A DNA stretch of 51,443 bases from sequence record SRR22947725_3987; one strand, 5' to 3'. Below, one piece after another: positions 10,136 through 20,217 of this stretch. The notes beneath the pieces are model-generated. The model was not told the DNA's origin. It ran no database searches and was given only the letters and a program-made list of their open reading frames with translations. Made by a program: the position numbers and the translations under genes. How positions within the stretch are numbered: position 1 is the stretch's first letter; every line of letters starts with the position of its first letter.

Positions 10136-11659
10136 CTATCTGGTGTCATTCAATCTCAGGTGGTTCAAGGTATACCATCCAAGAGGATTAGTCAGATCAC
10201 CACCTGATTTGGATTTCATACCCAGAGCCTTGAATTCATATACTCTACCGGTCAGCAAAGGCACATCAAAGCGCACCCTCATCCCATCGTGAGATACCTT
10301 CACATTAGCAGGTGTAACCTTCGTTTTATCTGCCTTGGGGGAACCGTATTCCGGACGATAGAGATACTTCCAATGTTGAATCGAAAATTGATTTACATCT
10401 CTCAGCAACGTTTCATCCATGGGTTGTGTAAACCGTATCTCAAACCCTGTTGTTGTTAAACGGATCGAATGCATTTCAACAGGTGTGGTTCTTCTGTCCC
10501 AACGCACAGTTTGCAAGCCGAATATTTCACTGCCGACCGACCGCCATCCGCGCCCTGTCTGACCAACATAAAGCACTCCATTTTTATCAAATTGATTTCG
10601 AACAATTCCAGTTTGCATGGGATCAATGAAATTGAAAATAGCACCTTGGTATTCACCCTGAACTTTTTCCAGATAGATACGCATTAGATTGGAGCGTGAT
10701 TGATCACCTACGAAGACCTGATCCTCAAAAGGGCCAAACTGTCCACCCGTTTCATTGAAGACAGGCTCTCCAGGTGAATTTGCAAGATCTCCATGAATGA
10801 AGAATACGGCGGGAGGGGTTCTCAACTCATCGTAAGTTTCAACTGGAATGGCATTCAGATCCTTGCCTTGAAAACCGGGATGGTCCATCAATGAGGAAGG
10901 GTGACCATGGAAGCGTCCTTTAACCACATGCTGCAATGTGGAAGAACCGTTCCAGTCTCCTTGATTATCCGTATAAAAAATTTCTTCATGCCTGTTCATG
11001 CCGATACCTGCAGGGGACCGCATCCCGGAGGACCACGGGACAAAGCGGCCGTCAGGTGTAATTTGGAAGGACCAGCCGCGGTATTTAGTAGCTCTCCCCA
11101 TCTTACCATCATGAACGCGTCCAACATCCCATTTAGAACTACCTGCCCAGCCTTTCCAGCTCAAGCTGGTGTTGAGTGTTCCGTAAAAATTCCCGCCGGA
11201 ATCACGCACAATACCAAATGCATATTCATGATAATTGTCCGTCAATCCCCAGTCGGCATTGACTGTCCTGAATACATCAGCGCTTCCGTCGCCATCCTCA
11301 TCGATTAACTTGGTTAACTCAGGGCGCTGCATGACCCAGACCTCAGCTGTGACAGGGTCAATGTAGATACCAAGCACTTCATGCAGTCCATCTGCAAAAA
11401 GACTCCATTGATCGTCTTTTAATCGCCAGACCTGACCTTCCCGTGAGGTCACGAAAAGTGCATCGTCTGGGGCAAACGCCAAACCACCGACTCCCAAAGT
11501 GACCCCTTCTGGAATTTCCAATGTTTCGACGATGTAGCCCGCTGGCGCATGAGCTGCTGCATTGGAAGTTTCAAGGAGGGAGTTGGAGCATACAATTGCC
11601 AGAACCGTACTCAATCGGGAAAAAGTTAATTTGAGATTCATGGAAATCTTGGGAAGCAT
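10136..11659 (-). CDS. Secreted beta-propeller protein, glucose/sorbosone-dehydrogenase-like (PVC/Bacteroidota type)
   Basis: Signal peptide; DEDGDGSAD, NYHEYAFG, GMRSPAGIG, YTDNQGDW, GPFEDQVFVGD, YGSP motifs. Confidence 0.7.
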   Translation of the reverse strand: MLPKISMNLKLTFSRLSTVLAIVCSNSLLETSNAAAHAPAGYIVETLEIPEGVTLGVGGLAFAPDDALFVTSREGQVWRLKDDQWSLFADGLHEVLGIYIDPVTAEVWVMQRPELTKLIDEDGDGSADVFRTVNADWGLTDNYHEYAFGIVRDSGGNFYGTLNTSLSWKGWAGSSKWDVGRVHDGKMGRATKYRGWSFQITPDGRFVPWSSGMRSPAGIGMNRHEEIFYTDNQGDWNGSSTLQHVVKGRFHGHPSSLMDHPGFQGKDLNAIPVETYDELRTPPAVFFIHGDLANSPGEPVFNETGGQFGPFEDQVFVGDQSRSNLMRIYLEKVQGEYQGAIFNFIDPMQTGIVRNQFDKNGVLYVGQTGRGWRSVGSEIFGLQTVRWDRRTTPVEMHSIRLTTTGFEIRFTQPMDETLLRDVNQFSIQHWKYLYRPEYGSPKADKTKVTPANVKVSHDGMRVRFDVPLLTGRVYEFKALGMKSKSGGDLTNPLGWYTLNHLRLNDTR

Positions 11660-11672
11660 AGTCAGTTAAGGT

Positions 11673-12755
11673 TTAGGGTTGTCGATAATGGGAAATTGAA
11701 AAAGAAGCAATGTTTTCAGGCTCAATCTTTAACCAGTTCCCGTCCCACTTGCCGTGTGATGCCTCAACTTCAGCATTGGATCGATCAAGGTAAACAAAGA
11801 TAGGCGTTACGAGACCTGGGTCCATTTCAAACGCATAGGTCAGGCCAATTCCTTTTTCAGAAGCCGAAACAGTTTCTTTCACCCAGGCTCCGTTGACCGT
11901 AAATTCAAAGACAGGAGTTTCCTTACCACGCAATTGATATCCCTTGAAACTCACTTGTGGTGTTATGTGTTTACCCCCTACACGTATTGGAAACATGATC
12001 TGTCCAGACTGGAAGCGCTCTCCCAGAACATTTACTGAACCACCACCACGCTGTCCAGCGTTTCGCCCCCAATCAGGCCCAATGTCAAGGAAAGGGCCAA
12101 ACCAACCAAAGGCAACCATGCAGGATTCAGCATCAAAACAAAAATTGATCCCTCCAGGGATACCAACACTGATAGCGCGCGGCGGACCATCTCGAACAAA
12201 CGCTCGCTTCACGAGTGGCTTGTGATGCGGTTTAAGGACAAATGCATCGTTGGAAAGCTTTTTTTCTTCTTCTTGAACATCCGTCACGGAGGAAGGATCA
12301 GAAGTCACTACCATTATCCCTTTCATGGAGAAAGCATGGCCAGGAAGGGTGCAGACATATGGATATTTACCTTCGCTTTCAGGAGCTTGAAAACTCAATG
12401 TCTGTTTCTCACCTGGATTGAGCACTCGGGTGTGAGCAAGCACCGTTTCATCCATATCAGGCACAAATTCCTTCTCAACAGCTCCAGGACCAAGCGCCCA
12501 TGCCATCTGCGCGACCTTTAGTGTGATTCCCTCCTTGCCTTGAAGTATGAGAAGATTGTGCTGCATTTCGTCGTTGTTCACGAAAGTCAAACGCACCTGC
12601 TCGCCTGGACGAACACCGAATACTTCTACGTCATATTTCAGTTTCCCTGGCTGAGTAGCCATCTCAATAGACAAAGCTTGCGCAGGTCTGGGTGAAAGGA
12701 GAAGAAGCAGGAGAAGATGCCAAATTGAAGGTTTGTTGCAAATATTCAAAATCAT
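11673..12755 (-). CDS. Secreted azurin/auracyanin-type blue copper domain protein with C-terminal extension
   Basis: Signal peptide; type-1 Cu ligands in MQHN and YPYVCTLPGHAFSMKG. Confidence 0.85.
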   Translation of the reverse strand: MILNICNKPSIWHLLLLLLLSPRPAQALSIEMATQPGKLKYDVEVFGVRPGEQVRLTFVNNDEMQHNLLILQGKEGITLKVAQMAWALGPGAVEKEFVPDMDETVLAHTRVLNPGEKQTLSFQAPESEGKYPYVCTLPGHAFSMKGIMVVTSDPSSVTDVQEEEKKLSNDAFVLKPHHKPLVKRAFVRDGPPRAISVGIPGGINFCFDAESCMVAFGWFGPFLDIGPDWGRNAGQRGGGSVNVLGERFQSGQIMFPIRVGGKHITPQVSFKGYQLRGKETPVFEFTVNGAWVKETVSASEKGIGLTYAFEMDPGLVTPIFVYLDRSNAEVEASHGKWDGNWLKIEPENIASFSISHYRQP

Positions 12756-12976
12756 AATTTCCCAATCAAAATCAAACTTTAAGACCTCCCAAAAAACATG
12801 AGAAATACAGTGCTGGATGACTTAAGGAAAATGAACCACATTTCAGGACCAAATGCCAAGGATATAATCTCATCCAGAGGTTGCTTGGGTTTTTCTTGAA
12901 TTGAAATTAGGGAAATCTGCTCGGAGGAAAAAGTTCCAGAAGGCATTGGGTTCGAAAAAACAGAGATCGAGAGTGA

Positions 12977-13498
12977 TTACTTCTCTTTCTTGTGCTCTTT
13001 ACCAAGATCTGGATGAGTGATGACTAGGAACCATGCATCGCCATAACTGTCTTTGTCATCACCTCCAACAACGAAGAGATCCCCGTCGTTGAGGATGGGC
13101 TTCAAGGGGTGCTTGACGGTGCGCTGTAGTTGATCTTCACCAATGACCTGAACTTGCAACGTATCTTTGTCCAGAAGTTTCATGATGATCTCGCACTTTT
13201 TGCTCATGCGCACCTGCTTGCCCTCGTGTTTGGGGAATTGGAAGGTTTTTTTGGATATTTCGTAATATTCCTTCCACTTGAAAATATTGACAAACTTTGA
13301 CTTGAGCTTCGGCGTCATGGCCTTGAGTTCATCGTCAGCAGATTTATCACGGTTCGTACCCCAAACAAGTCTTGCGGATAATTTGAGCGTTTCAGCTGCC
13401 TGTAATACCGGAGTAGCGAACCAAAAAACCATGAGCGCCAGCCCCAGTATTTGAAGGGCTGAACTAAATTTAGGTTTTGATGAGTTGGTCGCTTTCAT
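12977..13498 (-). CDS. Exported hypothetical protein, last gene of the ECF sigma cluster
   Basis: N-terminal signal/TM segment; co-oriented after the anti-sigma gene. Confidence 0.65.
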   Translation of the reverse strand: MKATNSSKPKFSSALQILGLALMVFWFATPVLQAAETLKLSARLVWGTNRDKSADDELKAMTPKLKSKFVNIFKWKEYYEISKKTFQFPKHEGKQVRMSKKCEIIMKLLDKDTLQVQVIGEDQLQRTVKHPLKPILNDGDLFVVGGDDKDSYGDAWFLVITHPDLGKEHKKEK

Positions 13499-13557
13499 AG
13501 TCTTGGTGTTGGGAATATGTACTAATCTTTCTAATACGATTGAGCAAATGGAAAAGC

Positions 13558-14070
13558 CTAATAATTACTAATCCAGACTACAGATACGCCCTCGGACTCG
13601 GAGCGGAAGGAGATAAATCCTGCATTCTGCTGCTGGCTGTCAATTTCATGGAAACTGGGCGCTACCCGTGCGGCTTTCTTGCCGGTGGACTTGATGCCAT
13701 CCAGGACATCGTCAAGAACACCTTTCTGAAACACCACCAATGCGATGCATGCAATAACACCACCGGGGACAAGCCATGCCGACCATCGCTGGAAAGCAAC
13801 GGCAGCCTCTTTATGCCTTGTCTCATTACGGGGAGATGGATGAGGCTGTATTTCATCGGAAATGGCTTTCCAGAAATATGAATGAGCCACAGGCAATTCA
13901 TGGCTGTTCTCCCCAACATCTTTCAAGAAACCTTGCTCAGCTTTTAGAGAATCACACAGTTCGCGAGCTTCCGAATCTTTTTCCAATCTTGCCAGCAATT
14001 GCAGCCTGGCTTCTGCGGATAGTTCTCCGTCCAGATACGCTTGAATTTGAATTACCAGCTTTTCGTTCAT
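13558..14070 (-). CDS. Membrane-anchored anti-sigma factor
   Basis: N-terminal IQAYLDGELS anti-sigma motif, one TM segment; 4-nt overlap with the sigma factor stop. Confidence 0.8.
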   Translation of the reverse strand: MNEKLVIQIQAYLDGELSAEARLQLLARLEKDSEARELCDSLKAEQGFLKDVGENSHELPVAHSYFWKAISDEIQPHPSPRNETRHKEAAVAFQRWSAWLVPGGVIACIALVVFQKGVLDDVLDGIKSTGKKAARVAPSFHEIDSQQQNAGFISFRSESEGVSVVWISNY

Positions 14071-14675
14071 GATTGACTATCCTCCTCTAGCATCCGTTTA
14101 AGTATGGAAGCTAGGTTTCTTCTCGCATAAAAAATTCGCGACATCACGGTTCCAATGGAACAGTCCATCGATTCAGCAATTTCCTTGTATGCCATTTCTT
14201 CAAAAGTGTGCATCACTATGACTGCTCGATGCCCTTCGCTCAATTGAGCAAGCGCTCTATCAATTGTCTTCTTTAATTCTTCCCGCTCGAGCCCTTCCGT
14301 TGGGTTTGTTTCCACAACGGGTAACTTTCGCTCAACTCCCCCCGAATTTTCATCCATTTCTTCGATGGATTCGGCAAATTTCCATCGCTTGGCTTTTCGA
14401 ATGTGATCCAGGCAAACATTGATAGTCACTCGAGTCATCCAGGTTGCAAAGCTGCTGTCTCCATGAAACTGCGACAATCGATTCCATGCTTTGATCCAGG
14501 CAAGCTGAGCCATATCCAGGGCCGTATTCTCATCGCGCATCATGCTCAGAGCTCGACGAAATATTTTGTCACCGTGCCTGCGAACCAATTCTTCGAAGGC
14601 GACCGCGTCGCCTGTTTTGGCAGCGGAGACGACTTCCGTTTCTTCACGGTCTTCGAATGAAAAATCTGCAGACAT
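14067..14675 (-). CDS. ECF-family RNA polymerase sigma factor (RpoE-like)
   Basis: GDAVAFEELVRRH, FHGDSSFATWMTRVTINVCLD, YKEIAESMDCSIGTVMSRIFYAR. Confidence 0.95.
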   Translation of the reverse strand: MSADFSFEDREETEVVSAAKTGDAVAFEELVRRHGDKIFRRALSMMRDENTALDMAQLAWIKAWNRLSQFHGDSSFATWMTRVTINVCLDHIRKAKRWKFAESIEEMDENSGGVERKLPVVETNPTEGLEREELKKTIDRALAQLSEGHRAVIVMHTFEEMAYKEIAESMDCSIGTVMSRIFYARRNLASILKRMLEEDSQS

Positions 14676-14714
14676 TGAAGTGACGTTCGAGACTGAACCA
14701 ATATTCAGTAAAAA

Positions 14715-15377
14715 TTAAAGCTTACCTTTGGTGCTTGGGATTTGATCACTGATGCGCGGGTCGTGCGAACAAGCAAAGTCGACGCCTTTTGCGAAGGCTT
14801 TGAAGAGACCCTCAACAACATGGTGGGGCTCTTCTCCATAAAGAAGCTCCAAATGGAGATTACATTTCGCAGCGTTCGTAAAACCCTGAAAAAACTCTCT
14901 AGCCAGGCCAAACCTGAAGCGAGATGACATGTCTTGGTTTTTCTCTTCTTGTGAGATGCACTTCATCCCCATGCCATCCATCCCTTTCCACACCATGTAA
15001 GGCCGCCCGCTGAAGTCAATCACACAGCGTGCCAAACACTCATCCATGGGAACGTAAGATTCACCGGTGAAAGGGTTTTTAGGATCAAATCCAAAACCAT
15101 AGCGACGGATGCCTTTTTTATCTCCAAGGGCATTTAAAAAGGCTTCTCCAAGTGCAATACCGCAATCCTCGACGGTGTGATGCCCATCGACATCAATATC
15201 CCCATCGCATTCCAGCTCAAGATCCAGCACAGCATGCCGTGCAAATAAATCCAGCATGTGACTAAAAAAAGGAATACCGGTTTGAATGCGGTAATCACCT
15301 TTTCCATCGATATTCAATTTCAAACGGATATGCGTCTCACCCGTCTTCCGGTCAATTTTGGCCTGTCGCCCACTCAT
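14715..15377 (-). CDS. hisB: Imidazoleglycerol-phosphate dehydratase
   Basis: RKTGETHI, TGIPFFSHML, DGHHTVEDCGI, HHVVEGLFKAF, PSTKG. Confidence 0.96.
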   Translation of the reverse strand: MSGRQAKIDRKTGETHIRLKLNIDGKGDYRIQTGIPFFSHMLDLFARHAVLDLELECDGDIDVDGHHTVEDCGIALGEAFLNALGDKKGIRRYGFGFDPKNPFTGESYVPMDECLARCVIDFSGRPYMVWKGMDGMGMKCISQEEKNQDMSSRFRFGLAREFFQGFTNAAKCNLHLELLYGEEPHHVVEGLFKAFAKGVDFACSHDPRISDQIPSTKGKL

Positions 15378-15425
15378 CGTGTCTTCGTTATCCCATGGAG
15401 TTGAATCTTACAAAAGAAAAATGTA

Positions 15426-17261
15426 TCAAGCAGCATTGCGCAAACCCGTTGAGGACTTCAATTGTTCTTCAGATGTCACGTCCATTCCACCGATTTTCCA
15501 TTGGCCACCTTCCGCAACGATTTGAATCAAAGCATCGTAAGCATGCTCCCGGGTATGAATGTGCCCCCAGTGCTCGACTGTGCCTGTGACCTCCCATCGA
15601 ATATTAAGTTCAAAAACAGCTTCCGATGAAGCTGAGGGCACAGATGCAGCAGAACCCCATCGCACCTCCCGCACATGAGAACGCGCACCGCCCTGCTCTT
15701 GAACAATCAGACCTTTTTTGATTTGAAGATACAAGTTTTCTAAAAAAGTTCCGCTGGCACTGCGAGCCAACGCGTCATATACCTGCTCGTCCTGTTGATA
15801 ATCAAAAGCTCGATACACATTTTTCAGCATGGCTTCTGTTATCATCTTCTGCTGATCAATCGAGGGAGGGTTTATTTTTTCCCACGGATGACTGATCTCA
15901 ACAACCGTCATTGGCCAGACTATTCCAGCAACAACCAAGGCAGTCGCCCCGCTCCATAGTGCGGCTCGATTCCGCCCCGCTGATCCGATCAGTAAAAAAA
16001 GCCCAGCAACCCCAGCCAGAGTCATTGAAATAGGAGAAACGGAAAGCACAGCCTGCTGCGGAGCTGCAGGCAGGGTGAGCCATGCGGTTTCGCTGAGACC
16101 TTCTTCATTAGTTTGCCAATTCCACCGAGGTTCATTTTCCGTAAAAAAATGGCGCTCCCCCTTTCCATCCATCATGTAAACCATGGTATTGAGCATGGGA
16201 GTATAATCATTGAAACCACTCCACTCTATGGAAGCGGATTTGGGCTTTCCTTTTGTACTGAAGGTCATGATGATCCCTGCACGGCCATTCTGCATACCTA
16301 TGGAACGGGGCTCAGATCGGCTCGCAAAATCTCGAATGTCCAAACTGAAAAAATCCAGATGAGAGAGAACGGGGACAACTTCGATACCATCTACCAGGCC
16401 CTCACAATGGCTTCTGATGTATTTCTCCAGCGGCTTCCTTAAACCTTCCTGTTCTTCAACGCTGAGAAAATCTTTTTCATTTCTTTCTATCGGCATCCAC
16501 GTCTCCAAAGTCAACAGAGGCACAAGAATTTCAAAGCGGATTTCAAAAGGTTCCACATAAATATAGGCGTAGGTAGAACTGTAGCTCGTGATTCCAAGAA
16601 GCTCTTCGCGGCGTTTTTTCATCAAGTCACGACGTTCTCTCCAATACATGCGGTCATTTCTGGGTGGATTTTCCCAATCGATAGCTACTGAGTGTGGAGA
16701 TCTAGGACCTATTTGAACAGGAAAGTCCAGACGAGCTCCATTCTGAAGCATGATCAAATCCATCACAGCCGGCACAGGAGAATCATCGCCCCCGAAATTC
16801 TGAGTGAAGGTCAGGTATTGAGGGATTTCCTCCAAAGGAATATGCAATTCGTAAAACACACCAACTTCCATGACTTGATCCAGGCGGACACCCTCCTCGG
16901 GTATTTCCTGAGTATCGACCCGTGTGAAATTTCCTTCAATAGTCTGACCACTCTTGTCGAGTATCCGAAAATACTTCGTCAAAAAGGTGCGGTGTTCTTC
17001 AGCTGCTTCAAGCAGATCTTTTCTCGAAAGCATCTGATCCACGCCCGCTTGAATGGAGTGATAAAACATCAAATCTTCGGTGAGAATTCGTAATTCAACT
17101 TGCACGCGATCTTGATAAATATCAGCCACTGCCGTGCTCATGGAAATAGGATGCGCCACGACTCTGGAAGAAGGGCAGAGCAAAAAGGCCGTAACACAAA
17201 GCAATGCCAGTCCAAAAGACCGGAATTGCTGTTGCATGGGAGATTTGTGACAGCGAATCAT
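15426..17261 (-). CDS. Exported/membrane hypothetical protein with His motifs
   Basis: 611 aa; signal peptide ending VVA-HP, two TM helices near the C-terminus, VEHWGHIH motif; downstream of a TonB receptor. Confidence 0.7.
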   Translation of the reverse strand: MIRCHKSPMQQQFRSFGLALLCVTAFLLCPSSRVVAHPISMSTAVADIYQDRVQVELRILTEDLMFYHSIQAGVDQMLSRKDLLEAAEEHRTFLTKYFRILDKSGQTIEGNFTRVDTQEIPEEGVRLDQVMEVGVFYELHIPLEEIPQYLTFTQNFGGDDSPVPAVMDLIMLQNGARLDFPVQIGPRSPHSVAIDWENPPRNDRMYWRERRDLMKKRREELLGITSYSSTYAYIYVEPFEIRFEILVPLLTLETWMPIERNEKDFLSVEEQEGLRKPLEKYIRSHCEGLVDGIEVVPVLSHLDFFSLDIRDFASRSEPRSIGMQNGRAGIIMTFSTKGKPKSASIEWSGFNDYTPMLNTMVYMMDGKGERHFFTENEPRWNWQTNEEGLSETAWLTLPAAPQQAVLSVSPISMTLAGVAGLFLLIGSAGRNRAALWSGATALVVAGIVWPMTVVEISHPWEKINPPSIDQQKMITEAMLKNVYRAFDYQQDEQVYDALARSASGTFLENLYLQIKKGLIVQEQGGARSHVREVRWGSAASVPSASSEAVFELNIRWEVTGTVEHWGHIHTREHAYDALIQIVAEGGQWKIGGMDVTSEEQLKSSTGLRNAA

Positions 17262-17371
17262 TTAAGTAAACAATGCAGGCATTTTATGAAAAATGCAAAA
17301 CTATCAAAAAAATAGCTCCTGCTGGTTCGATGATCTGGAGACTGCTCTGACAGATAAAGGTTGGCTGTCTT

Positions 17372-19453
17372 TTAGAACCGTGACTCAAGCGCTGCGATGA
17401 AATTGCGCCCGGGTGAATTGGTTCCAGAACCATGGACTCGATAATTTTGATTGGTAATGTTGTCGATGGCTCCTGTGAGTGTGAGGTTTGTATGAATGTT
17501 CCAACCAAATTTAAGATCGATCCGTTCATACCCTGGCGTACCCCCGGGAGGAATGCGCTCGGTGTCACGTCGATCACGCGAGGAAAGGTGATCCGCGGTC
17601 GCTGATAAAACCCCTCTGATTTGAGCATGGAAGCGTCTTTGCTCACTCATCCAGCGCAGACCAACCTGACCAGATAATGGCATGCCTCGACTTAGATACT
17701 CGGCGCTTGCAGCAGGTCCAGGTCCAGTCATCACATCAATTTCGCCATCCATGTAGGTAGCGTTTCCAAACAAAGTCCATTCGGGATGAATCTCGTAGGC
17801 CATACCGTATTCAATCCCTGTGACAAAACCGTCTCCGACGTTGGCTTTACCCACTTCGGTTTTACCGTCCGCGGTGACAACACCCGTTGGAAAGCGATTG
17901 ATCATGTCATTGACGTCTGTGTAGAAACCTGCAAGTTCAGCAGAAAATCTTTGATAATTTACACGAGTCCCAATTTCGTAGGTCAGGTATTTCTCGGGTT
18001 CCAGTGAGATGGCGGGAATTTCCTGTTCATTCGCTCCGGTGTCGATTTGAGAAGTCAAATCCATCAGGTTGGGAGCGCGAAAACCTTGAGCAATGCCACC
18101 AAATATATTCCACCTGTCAGGTTTAATCTTGTAAACCAACCTTGCGTTACCCACCGCGTTGCTCCAATCACGATCCACTGAAACCTGATTACCCGATACA
18201 GGATCTTCCACTTTGTCGGCATTTGCACCTGCATAAGTAAAACGCCCTCCGAGACTGAAGTTCCATCGCTCGCTCAGGTCGATCGTGTCCTGAACGAAGA
18301 TTCCGGCAAGGTCATAAGACGCATCATCACCTACCGCGCCCTGAATAGGATTTCTGGATGAAAAACTATCCACTTCATCATGATAATAATCTACCCCATA
18401 GGAGAGATCACCGACGGGGGTCTCACTTTGGAGTTGGCTGAAGAAGCCAAACGTGTCGACATCAAAACCCTGATAATCCTGCCGCCCCCTGGAACGCAAG
18501 CGATCACGCAGCTCTTCCTGAACATGCCAGGATAAACTCGTTTGCATGCTGTCGACAAAGCCATCGAGGTCATGCACGTGCCATTGAATATAAGTTAATC
18601 GACGAAGCTGGTCACTATCACGGTGAATTTCGCTTCCAATAGCAGATCCCTTGTAGCTGATACCATTGATGGTCTTGTGGGTTCTGGGCACATTGTTTTG
18701 CTCCACATTCTGATAAGCCAGAACAAACGAATGATGGGGATTAATGTGATGTTCGAATTTAAGATCGAAATCCCATTCTTCATATCCAGTTCCATCTTGT
18801 GTGCCCGTGCCACCACCTGCAACCACACTACCAAATTGTTTGTAAGATACCCCGGCAATCACCCCCGTCCTGTGGTCGAGTGCCACTTGTGATTCGGCCC
18901 GAACCATATGGGAATTCTCAGCACTGCTCACACGGTAATAAGCACGCCCCCCGTATTCAAAATCGTCACCGTATGCGGAGGGTGAAAGCGTATTCACACT
19001 GACGACACCTCCCACACCATCTGACCCATATTGCACGGAACCTGGACCTTTGAGAACTTCAACGGATTCCATGGACAGCGGGTCTACTGAATTCCAATAC
19101 TGATTGGGTCCATCACGAAATACGGAATTATTCAAACGCACCCCATCAATCAAGAAGATATTCCTGAAAGCAGTAAAACCACGAATAAAAGGTGAGCCCT
19201 GTCCCGGGGAGGTTTCCTGAACCATAATACCGGGCGTATCCCGTAAGATTTGAGGCGTGGTGCGATACATATTGCGTTCAAGCTCATCATTGGAAATGAG
19301 GGCCACTGAATTAGGAGCATCAAACAATGGACGGGCACTACGCGAAGGTGTCACGACTACAGGCGGCAACTCCAAAAAATCATCAACCACCTGGGCCAAG
19401 ACGGTCGAGCCAAGGGTGATTATTGTTGCAAGCATAAGTAGTAGAATCTTCAT
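17372..19453 (-). CDS. TonB-dependent outer membrane receptor
   Basis: Signal peptide, VVVTPSR, plug motifs IRGF, LIDGVRLN and VEVLKGPGSVQYGSDGVGGVV, GFRAPN, NITNQNY, C-terminal Phe. Confidence 0.95.
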   Translation of the reverse strand: MKILLLMLATIITLGSTVLAQVVDDFLELPPVVVTPSRSARPLFDAPNSVALISNDELERNMYRTTPQILRDTPGIMVQETSPGQGSPFIRGFTAFRNIFLIDGVRLNNSVFRDGPNQYWNSVDPLSMESVEVLKGPGSVQYGSDGVGGVVSVNTLSPSAYGDDFEYGGRAYYRVSSAENSHMVRAESQVALDHRTGVIAGVSYKQFGSVVAGGGTGTQDGTGYEEWDFDLKFEHHINPHHSFVLAYQNVEQNNVPRTHKTINGISYKGSAIGSEIHRDSDQLRRLTYIQWHVHDLDGFVDSMQTSLSWHVQEELRDRLRSRGRQDYQGFDVDTFGFFSQLQSETPVGDLSYGVDYYHDEVDSFSSRNPIQGAVGDDASYDLAGIFVQDTIDLSERWNFSLGGRFTYAGANADKVEDPVSGNQVSVDRDWSNAVGNARLVYKIKPDRWNIFGGIAQGFRAPNLMDLTSQIDTGANEQEIPAISLEPEKYLTYEIGTRVNYQRFSAELAGFYTDVNDMINRFPTGVVTADGKTEVGKANVGDGFVTGIEYGMAYEIHPEWTLFGNATYMDGEIDVMTGPGPAASAEYLSRGMPLSGQVGLRWMSEQRRFHAQIRGVLSATADHLSSRDRRDTERIPPGGTPGYERIDLKFGWNIHTNLTLTGAIDNITNQNYRVHGSGTNSPGRNFIAALESRF

Positions 19454-20217
19454 TGTTTTCTATCTTTGGGTGAACATTGATGAAGCTGTGATCAAATACC
19501 AGCTGCGGGTCTTCACCCTTTATCCACGTCTACTCGAAAAATTGGATAAGCGTTGTTGATCAATTTCTGATCAGCTCGACTCCTGTGACAGCCAATCCTG
19601 CCTCTTGCACGGTGATAAAACAAAACCAACTTAACAACTCAACCCCCACCGCGCCTTGAGTTGCAGAGCGGAATTCACGAACAGAAACCTCAATATCGAA
19701 TTCACCCTCCACTTTTCTCTGGACCGAAAAGTGACCCGCACTTGACCGCTCCAGGTTGATTGTAGTCATACCGATTACGATTTCCGACGGTTAAATCGCA
19801 GTCCCCTGAATTCGGAATCGGGACTTCCCTCCATGCAGGATGGGACGCAACGCATTCCGTTTTGCCGAGAAGGAAGAAAAAAAGAACGTTTCTCTTTGCT
19901 TTCGAAACGTCTCTACGAAAATCACCCAAGAGCCGACGGAAACATTTGACAAACGTTCGGCATACATTTTGCCTAACATCCCTCTCCTGAATGTGGCCCC
20001 TTCGATATCCCACTCAAGTTCGATTCGCAGGAGAATCTGCACCAACACCCATCTACCATGATCAACATCAGGCTCCAGGCCCGCTGTCATTTAAAAGAAT
20101 GAAAGCAAGGCCAAGTATGGGAAATATAGACATTCACTCTGTGAGAAAATAACTGTATTCCGGATACTTCATGTGTCAGGAAACAAACGTGTCAAAATAA
20201 TTCCAGAGGGGGCATTG

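Noticed and set aside
19690-19860. Cobalamin riboswitch or RNase P RNA (minus-strand GGAGGGAAGTCCC)
   Set aside because: Lacks the GCCCCCGCAACTGT and B12-box elements, and lacks the exact GAGGAAAGTCC and 3' conserved region of RNase P RNA.
19560-20090. Short overlapping ORFs in the gap upstream of the TonB receptor
   Set aside because: Mutually overlapping, no recognisable motifs or ribosome-binding sites; treated as non-coding.
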